Assembly: GCF_030161475.1 (NCBI RefSeq)
Contig: NZ_BSUG01000014.1
Span: forward strand, 1,148 to 25,147
From: Tetragenococcus halophilus subsp. flandriensis
GTDB taxonomy: Bacteria > Bacillota > Bacilli > Lactobacillales > Enterococcaceae
Reading direction: 5' to 3'
DNA length: 24,000 nucleotides
The translations under genes were made by a program, and so were the position numbers. The first letter of the stretch is position 1. The number at the start of each line of letters is the position of its first letter. The notes under the pieces are model-generated. The model ran no database searches and had not been told where the DNA came from. It worked only from the letters and a program-made list of their open reading frames with translations. Of the stretch, positions 18,794-24,000 are shown piece by piece.

Positions 18794-19788
18794 TTTTCCT
18801 CCTCTTCATATCCATCTGGATGGTCCACATGCCAATTCCAAGCTGTTTCAATAATTTCCTTCACGCTAGTATGCTGCGGTTGCCATCCCAAAAGCTCTTT
18901 TGCTTTATCACTAGCAGCAACCAAAGTGGCAGGATCGCCTGCACGTCTAGGCGCCACTTTAGCCGGGATTTGTTTATTTGTTACTTCTCTAGCAGCTTCT
19001 AACATTTGTTTTACAGAAAAACCTGAATTACTTCCTAAATTAAAAATATTACTTGAATTTCCAGCTTTTAAATATTCTAAAGCTAAAATATGTGCTGCTA
19101 TCAAATCTTCAACATGAACATAATCTCTCACACAAGTACCATCTGCAGTATCATAATCATCACCAAAAATAGCTAGTTGCTCTCTTTGGCCTAAAGCGAC
19201 TTCTAGAATAATAGGAATCAAATGGGTTTCTGGTCGATGATCTTCTCCTATAGATGCATCTTTTTTAGCTCCAGCAACATTAAAATAACGTAGCGCAACA
19301 AATTTTATCCCATAGGCTTCATCACACCAGCGCATCATTTTTTCCATCATCAATTTGCTTTCGCCATAAGGATTTTTAGGATTAGTTGGCGTTTTTTCGG
19401 TGATCGGGTTGTCTTCTGGTTCTCCATAAGTCGCTGCTGTTGAAGAAAAGACAATATTTTTTACATTAAATTCCTGCATAACCTCTAATACGATTTCGGT
19501 TCCCGAAACATTATTATTAAAGTATTTTAATGGGTTTTCTACCGATTCACCGACCAAGGAACTAGCCGCAAAGTGAATGACTCCCTCAATATCTTCTTTT
19601 GTAAATACTGTTTCAACAAACGCTTTATCACGGATATCTCCTTGATAAAAATGAGCTTTAGGATGGACTGACGCTTGGTGTCCTGTTAATAAATTATCAA
19701 TCACCGCCACTTCATATCCTTGGTTAATTAGTTGATCAACGGCATGCGAGCCAATGTAACCTGCGCCACCTAATACTAAAATTGTCAT
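18790..19788 (-). CDS. galE: UDP-glucose 4-epimerase
   Basis: It has an SDR Rossmann motif ([11 protein letters not shown]) and the YGESK catalytic motif. The ORF is 332 aa. Confidence 0.95.
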   Translation of the reverse strand: MTILVLGGAGYIGSHAVDQLINQGYEVAVIDNLLTGHQASVHPKAHFYQGDIRDKAFVETVFTKEDIEGVIHFAASSLVGESVENPLKYFNNNVSGTEIVLEVMQEFNVKNIVFSSTAATYGEPEDNPITEKTPTNPKNPYGESKLMMEKMMRWCDEAYGIKFVALRYFNVAGAKKDASIGEDHRPETHLIPIILEVALGQREQLAIFGDDYDTADGTCVRDYVHVEDLIAAHILALEYLKAGNSSNIFNLGSNSGFSVKQMLEAAREVTNKQIPAKVAPRRAGDPATLVAASDKAKELLGWQPQHTSVKEIIETAWNWHVDHPDGYEEEEK

Positions 19789-19839
19789 ACGATTCTCTCC
19801 TTCAGTTGGTCATTTTCAATAAATATTATCTGTTTCATT

Positions 19840-21000
19840 TTATAGCTTTCTAGCGCCATCATCAATACTAGCTTGATAAATATCGCTTGCATATCCAATA
19901 TTATCCAAATATTTTTGGGAAACATCTTTTACAAAGTCTTGCCAAGACGATTTCTTCACTAAAGCAATCGCACAACCACCAAAGCCAGCACCCGTCATTC
20001 GCGCGCCTAGGACAGCAGGATGTTGTTGTGCCGCAATTATTAGGGTGTCCAGTTCTTTTCCTGTTACCTCATAATCATTTTGCAATGAAGCATGAGATGC
20101 ATTCAGCAGTTCTCCAAATTCAACCAGGTCCCCTTTTTCTAAGGCAACTTTTGCTTTTTTCGTTCGTTCATTTTCGGTCACGGCATGTTTTGCACGTTTA
20201 AATAATATCTCGTCTTCAATTAAATCTGCATTGGCTGTAAGATCTTTAGCTTCCAACTCGCCTAATGATTGAATCGATAATTCTTTTTGTAATTGTTGTA
20301 AAGCTTGTTCACATTCTTCACGGCGTTCGTTATATTTTGAATCCGCTAATTTTCGCGATTTATTTGTATTCATGATTGCAATTACATATTCCCCAAATTC
20401 AGCTGGAACCACTTCATAATCTAATGTATTAGTATCTAATAATAAAGCATGATCAACTTGCCCCATTCCTACAGCAAATTGATCCATAATACCTGAATTT
20501 ACACCGATAAATTGATTCTCTGTTTTTTGTCCTAATTTTACTAAATCAAACGTAGTAATAGATAGCTCAAATAAATCTTTAAGGATAACACCCATTAATA
20601 ATTCGATAGAAGCTGAAGAAGAAAGCCCAGCACTATTAGGGATATTGCCATAAAAAGCAATGTCTAAGCCTGAATCAATAGAAAAACCCGCTTCTTTTAA
20701 GAAATGAAACATTCCTTTAGGATAGTTTGCCCAATCATCTATTTCTTTATAAGTTAAATCTTCTAGAGTAAATTCAATGACTCCCTTTTCAGGAAAATTT
20801 TCCGAATAGAGCCGAACTAAACTATCCTCACGTTTTCTGACTGCAGCATATGTGCCTAGTGTAATTGCTACTGGAAATACATAACCACCATTATAATCTG
20901 TATGTTCACCAATTAAGTTCACCCTACCTGGCGCAAAATAAGTCCCTTGTGCTTGATCATCAAATACTTCAGCAAATACTTTCTTTACTTCTTTTTCCAT
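19840..21000 (-). CDS. galK: Galactokinase
   Basis: It carries the galactokinase signature GRVNLIGEHTDYNGG and the GHMP kinase motif PNSAGLSSSAS. The SD is AAAGGAG. Confidence 0.95.
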   Translation of the reverse strand: MEKEVKKVFAEVFDDQAQGTYFAPGRVNLIGEHTDYNGGYVFPVAITLGTYAAVRKREDSLVRLYSENFPEKGVIEFTLEDLTYKEIDDWANYPKGMFHFLKEAGFSIDSGLDIAFYGNIPNSAGLSSSASIELLMGVILKDLFELSITTFDLVKLGQKTENQFIGVNSGIMDQFAVGMGQVDHALLLDTNTLDYEVVPAEFGEYVIAIMNTNKSRKLADSKYNERREECEQALQQLQKELSIQSLGELEAKDLTANADLIEDEILFKRAKHAVTENERTKKAKVALEKGDLVEFGELLNASHASLQNDYEVTGKELDTLIIAAQQHPAVLGARMTGAGFGGCAIALVKKSSWQDFVKDVSQKYLDNIGYASDIYQASIDDGARKL

Positions 21001-21059
21001 TTTTTTCGCTCCTTTAAAATAAATTCATAAACAGTTCTAAGTTAGTTTTTATAGATAAA

Positions 21060-21072
21060 ATTTTAGTAAATT
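21060..21072. promoter_or_regulatory. gal operator O2 (ATTTTAGTAAATT, core TTTAGTAAA) over the predicted transcription start
   Basis: It has a 9-nt palindromic core and matches 5 of 6 arm positions. It lies immediately downstream of the P_gal -10 on the minus strand. Confidence 0.4.
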
Positions 21073-21073
21073 T

Positions 21074-21102
21074 ATTATAAAATATTTAGTAAATAATTTC
21101 AA
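21074..21102 (-). promoter_or_regulatory. Sigma-A type promoter of galKETR (TTGAAA-17-TATAAT)
   Basis: The -35 TTGAAA is the reverse complement of 21097..21102. The spacer is exactly 17 nt, and a perfect TATAAT is the reverse complement of 21074..21079. The site is about 70 nt upstream of the galK ATG. Confidence 0.6.
21083..21095. promoter_or_regulatory. gal operator O1, 13-bp odd-centred palindrome TATTTAGTAAATA in the P_gal spacer
   Basis: The arms TATTTA and TAAATA are perfectly symmetric around a central G. It occupies the -35/-10 spacer, the same placement as the aga operator. Confidence 0.5.
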
Positions 21103-21215
21103 TTTTATTTTTAAAGTGCTTTCATATTAAATTTCCCTAACTGAATTTTGAATCCCACTTTTTTAGAATAAAACTAAAAAGACAAAAGTTTCTTCAAGAA
21201 ATATAAGTATATCTC

Positions 21216-21244
21216 TTTTCAAATCTACTCGTTTCATTCATAAT
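21216..21244 (+). promoter_or_regulatory. Candidate promoter of the small DUF3042-like gene (TTTTCA-17-CATAAT)
   Basis: The hexamers lie at 21216..21221 and 21239..21244, separated by a 17-nt spacer. The site is about 33 nt upstream of the ATG. Confidence 0.35.
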
Positions 21245-21276
21245 AAAGATAAGATAAATAAATGAGGTGAAAAATA

Positions 21277-21444
21277 ATGAAGAAGTTTACTCTTGGATTT
21301 ATTGTAGGTTCTTTAGCAACTACTGCTGCAACTGCTTGTTTGGTACAATCAGTTAAAAAGCAAGTGATTGAACCCATTGAAGAAAAAGAAGCGATGATTG
21401 ATGAAAATCGCAAAAAAGCGCGTCGTAAAAGTTTCGCGAGATAA
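21277..21444 (+). CDS. Small membrane-anchored protein, DUF3042-like (55 aa)
   Basis: Not in the ORF track. The product is MKKFTLGFIVGSLATTAATACLVQSVKKQVIEPIEEKEAMIDENRKKARRKSFAR. GAGGTG lies 6 nt before the ATG, and a strong terminator follows. From memory it resembles the Firmicute DUF3042 family (one TM helix plus a basic tail). Confidence 0.65.
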   Translation: MKKFTLGFIVGSLATTAATACLVQSVKKQVIEPIEEKEAMIDENRKKARRKSFAR

Positions 21445-21451
21445 AATAAAG

Positions 21452-21518
21452 ACAAGACCTTATGTATGAACTTTTTAAGTAATTTGAAAAGTTCAATATA
21501 CATAAGGTCTTGTTTTTT
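21452..21518. terminator. Bidirectional rho-independent terminator (nested 16-bp plus 8-bp stem)
   Basis: 21452..21467 pairs perfectly with 21498..21513 (16 bp). An inner stem pairs 21468..21475 with 21487..21494 (8 bp), with a 3-nt bulge. T6 follows on the plus strand and a U-rich tract follows on the minus strand. Confidence 0.7.
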
Positions 21519-21918
21519 AAGTTACTTTTTTAGACTTTTTCTTACCTTCCCAGCCGTTAAAACCTTCTTTTAAGATGTAGATATCTTTATAACCATTTTT
21601 ACGTAATTTATTGGCAGCTCGTACGCTTAATGTTTTTCCAGTATCATATAAGTAAACTGGCTGGTCTTTACGAATAGACCCCATCGAGTTATTCAACAAA
21701 GTATAAGGAATGTTTCTAGCGCCTAAGATATGGCTACCGTCAAATTCTTTTTTCTCACGAACGTCAATAACTTGCGCCTTTCTCATTCCTTGGCGAAATG
21801 TCTCTTGATCAATAACCTTTGCTGAACGTTTTCCTTGTATATAAAAATATAGCCAATTAATCCCCATAGCAATTAATATAGCAGCTAAAATCAGCGTCAA
21901 AGTTTGCAAAAAATTCAT
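21517..21918 (-). CDS. Rhodanese-domain protein with an N-terminal membrane anchor
   Basis: An N-terminal TM helix (LTLILAAILIAMGINWLYFYI) is followed by a rhodanese-like fold (IDVREKKEFDGSHILGARNIP). No active-site cysteine is evident. This type of gene is a common neighbour of glcK in Firmicutes. Confidence 0.8.
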   Translation of the reverse strand: MNFLQTLTLILAAILIAMGINWLYFYIQGKRSAKVIDQETFRQGMRKAQVIDVREKKEFDGSHILGARNIPYTLLNNSMGSIRKDQPVYLYDTGKTLSVRAANKLRKNGYKDIYILKEGFNGWEGKKKSKKVT

Positions 21919-21932
21919 GTTCTGTCACCTTT

Positions 21933-22901
21933 CTAATCTTTTAGTTTCAAAGCTAACGAAGCTGCGCCAATAATTCCAGCATCGTTGCCTAACTGTGCTA
22001 ATTTAATTCTTGTACTTTCTCTTACTTGCGGAAATGTAAATTCTTTAAAATAGTTTACCACTTTTTCGCGTAAGAATTCACCAGCTGCAGACACACCTCC
22101 ACCTAATATTAAAGATGATGGGTTTAAAAGGTTCCCAATGTTACCACAAGCTAAAGCTAAATAGTAACAAATATAGTCTACAACCATCAACGCAAGCTGA
22201 TCATCTTCTTCAGCTAGTTCAAAAATGTCTTTACTTGTAATTTCTTCGCCATTATCTAAACGTTGTTTTAATACAGAAGGACCTGCGTACTCTTCAGCTA
22301 ATTTACGAGCAATCCGCACAATTCCGGTAGCACTAGCAATAGTTTCAAGACAGCCTTTTTTACCACAAGTACATTCAAAACCATCAGGATCCACGGTAAT
22401 ATGCCCGATTTCACCAGCACACCCAGCCGTCCCATGTAAAAGTTCGCCTTCCATAACGATACCGCCACCAACGCCGGTTCCAAGCGTTACAAAAACCACA
22501 TCAGGTTCATTATCGCCGGCACCTTTCCAACGTTCGCCTAAAGCTGCAACATTGGCATCATTATCCAAGGTAAAAGAAATACCTGTTTCTTTTTCGATCT
22601 GTTCTTTGACAGGTTGGGTTGTCTTCCAGTTTAAGTTATAAGCACCAACCACAGTCCCTTTTTTTCGATCAACACTGCCCGGTGTGCCCATACCAATACC
22701 AATAAAATCTTCGGGCTGCATGTTGTATAAATCCAAACGATGATTAATCGATGCAATAATATCAGGAACAATATGAGAACCTTCATCCAAGATATTGGTT
22801 TGAATACTCCATTTTTGTTGAATTTCACCTGCAGTTGTCAAAATAGCAAATTTAGCAGTCGTTCCACCTAAATCGATTCCCATAATTTTTTCTTCAGCCA
22901 T
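21933..22901 (-). CDS. glcK: Glucokinase, ROK family
   Basis: It has the ATP-binding motif GIDLGGTT and the ROK zinc motif CTCGKKGCLE. The ORF is 322 aa. Confidence 0.92.
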   Translation of the reverse strand: MAEEKIMGIDLGGTTAKFAILTTAGEIQQKWSIQTNILDEGSHIVPDIIASINHRLDLYNMQPEDFIGIGMGTPGSVDRKKGTVVGAYNLNWKTTQPVKEQIEKETGISFTLDNDANVAALGERWKGAGDNEPDVVFVTLGTGVGGGIVMEGELLHGTAGCAGEIGHITVDPDGFECTCGKKGCLETIASATGIVRIARKLAEEYAGPSVLKQRLDNGEEITSKDIFELAEEDDQLALMVVDYICYYLALACGNIGNLLNPSSLILGGGVSAAGEFLREKVVNYFKEFTFPQVRESTRIKLAQLGNDAGIIGAASLALKLKD

Positions 22902-23108
22902 TCAATTATCCCCCCAGCTTTCTTCAACTCGATGTTCTCTTATTAATATATTTCTAGCTTTTAGGTAAGTTTCTTGATCTATCAATCGTGCTTCAAAGAG
23001 CTTTTTGAGTTCAATGCTCATCAATTCGATGTCATAGATCCGCTTGCCTACATATACAAATATGCCAAAACGTTTTAATAATTGTTGCACGTCATATAAA
23101 CTATCCAT
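22902..23108 (-). CDS. yqgQ: YqgQ-family small protein (DUF910)
   Basis: The 68-aa ORF reads YDVQQLLKRFGIFVYVGKRIYDIELM, typical of YqgQ. Its stop directly abuts the glcK ATG, as in the B. subtilis yqgQ-glcK arrangement. Confidence 0.8.
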   Translation of the reverse strand: MDSLYDVQQLLKRFGIFVYVGKRIYDIELMSIELKKLFEARLIDQETYLKARNILIREHRVEESWGDN

Positions 23109-23126
23109 ATATACACTTCCTAAATA

Positions 23127-23813
23127 TTATACTAGTAATTGATACTTTTTAAAACCATAGAACAAACAAAAGCCTAGTAAAAATACTAGCGCAATACCCG
23201 AAATTATGCGAACATGGATTGAATAATCACGTAAGCGTTGGGGTAAACCAAATAAGTTACCTAACAAAGCTCCGCCAAGTAAACCTCCAACATGTCCCCA
23301 AATATCGATTGAACGATCAAATAGACTAAAAAGCAAACTAATCCCAATAAATAAAGTAAATTGCCGTACTAGAATTTGGATGGCATAATTATTTTTGTAG
23401 TGCATTCCTAAAACAACAAAAGCACCGAATAACCCAAATAGTGCTGTACTGGAACCGGCCGATTGTACCCCTGGTGAATTAAAAGCAAAGCTTAACAAGT
23501 TTCCTGCAGCTCCACTAAGTAGATAAATGAAAAAGTAACGCATGTGCCCATACATCGCTTCTAAGCGCTGCCCCATAAAATATAACACGATTGAATTTAC
23601 AGCAAAATGCATTAAACCGTAATGAATAAATATAGGCGTGATAAATCGCCAATATTGCGAATAATATACTACAAAAGGACCAAACATCGCACCTTGTGAT
23701 TCAATTAGGCCAGGAAAAAGATAGGAAATGATAAATACCAATATCTGTATGCCCAAAAATAAATAGGTAATAATCGGTTGATTGAGCCAACGACGAAGTT
23801 GAATGTTATTCAT
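23127..23813 (-). CDS. gluP: Rhomboid-family intramembrane serine protease (GluP/YqgP-like)
   Basis: This is a polytopic membrane protein with HxxxN (HFAVN), a GxSx catalytic region (AGSSTALFG) and a downstream HVGG motif. I prefer the start at 23813 (GAGGGGAG 8 nt upstream), though 23819 is possible. The track's TTG at 23831 is unlikely. Confidence 0.85.
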   Translation of the reverse strand: MNNIQLRRWLNQPIITYLFLGIQILVFIISYLFPGLIESQGAMFGPFVVYYSQYWRFITPIFIHYGLMHFAVNSIVLYFMGQRLEAMYGHMRYFFIYLLSGAAGNLLSFAFNSPGVQSAGSSTALFGLFGAFVVLGMHYKNNYAIQILVRQFTLFIGISLLFSLFDRSIDIWGHVGGLLGGALLGNLFGLPQRLRDYSIHVRIISGIALVFLLGFCLFYGFKKYQLLV

Positions 23814-24000
23814 AGACATAGCTCCCCTCAATGGTGTCGGTATAAATGCGCATCACTGCTTGGTCAAATTCTTCTGCTTGCCAATCATCATTTAACTGTT
23901 CAGAAAAGACCAAACCACAAGTTTTGCCAGGAAAATCTTCCAAAAATCGGTCATAGTAACCTTTACCAAAGCCAATACGATAGCCTTTTTTCGAAAATAT
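23806..24000 (-). CDS. 5-formyltetrahydrofolate cyclo-ligase, C-terminal fragment (5' end outside the window)
   Basis: Not in the ORF track. Reverse translation gives ...FSKKGYRIGFGKGYYDRFLEDFPGKTCGLVFSEQL..., containing the GxGxGYYDR signature of the family. Its stop overlaps the rhomboid gene start. Confidence 0.8.
   Translation of the reverse strand: MFSKKGYRIGFGKGYYDRFLEDFPGKTCGLVFSEQLNDDWQAEEFDQAVMRIYTDTIEGSYVYE

Noticed and set aside
21111-21124. A cre-like sequence TGAAAGCACTTTAA (minus strand) upstream of P_gal.
   Set aside because: It has two mismatches to TGWNANCGNTNWCA, including loss of the central CG, so it is not distinguishable from chance in AT-rich DNA.
21152-21178. A short AT-only inverted repeat (TTTTTAG-N-CTAAAAA) between the divergent gal and DUF3042 promoters, considered as a terminator or insulator.
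   Set aside because: The stem is 7 bp of pure A/T with no G/C pairs, so it would be thermodynamically negligible. It is also not positioned after any gene.

Overview
This looks like a low-GC Firmicute chromosome segment (Lactobacillales, probably Enterococcaceae-like, judged from protein sequences only; no database search was possible). Nearly all genes are on the minus strand.

Gene content, left to right:
- Housekeeping genes pyrH (partial), tsf and rpsB.
- A t6A-modification operon, tsaB-rimI-GNAT-tsaD. tsaE is not in it.
- A carbohydrate block. It starts with a plus-strand CUT1-type sugar ABC importer (binding protein plus two permeases). This is convergent with a minus-strand alpha-galactoside module: LacI-type regulator, GH36 alpha-galactosidase, lipoprotein binding protein and two permeases.
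- A Maa/LacA-type sugar O-acetyltransferase, then a Leloir operon in the order galK-galE-galT-galR.
- A small plus-strand DUF3042-like gene that is absent from the ORF track.
- A B. subtilis yqg-like block: rhodanese, glcK, yqgQ, a rhomboid protease and a partial 5-formyl-THF cyclo-ligase.

I found no rRNA, tRNA, CRISPR array, transposase, integrase, phage gene, toxin-antitoxin pair or defence-type gene. I cannot honestly claim a novel multi-gene system here.

The most interesting signals are cis-regulatory:
- A family of odd-centred palindromic operators with the core TTTA[C/G]TAAA sits precisely on three sigma-A-like promoters. These belong to two paralogous LacI regulators encoded about 0.8 kb apart.
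- The two operator types differ only at one symmetric position.

Secondary observations:
- A full-consensus cre-like site inside the alpha-galactoside cluster.
- A cysteine-free sugar-binding protein with no lipobox.
- Two ABC importers that lack ATPase genes.
- Tandem RimI-like GNAT genes.
- A structured rpsB leader and an rpsB-tsf attenuator hairpin.
- Several corrected start codons, including GTG and TTG starts.
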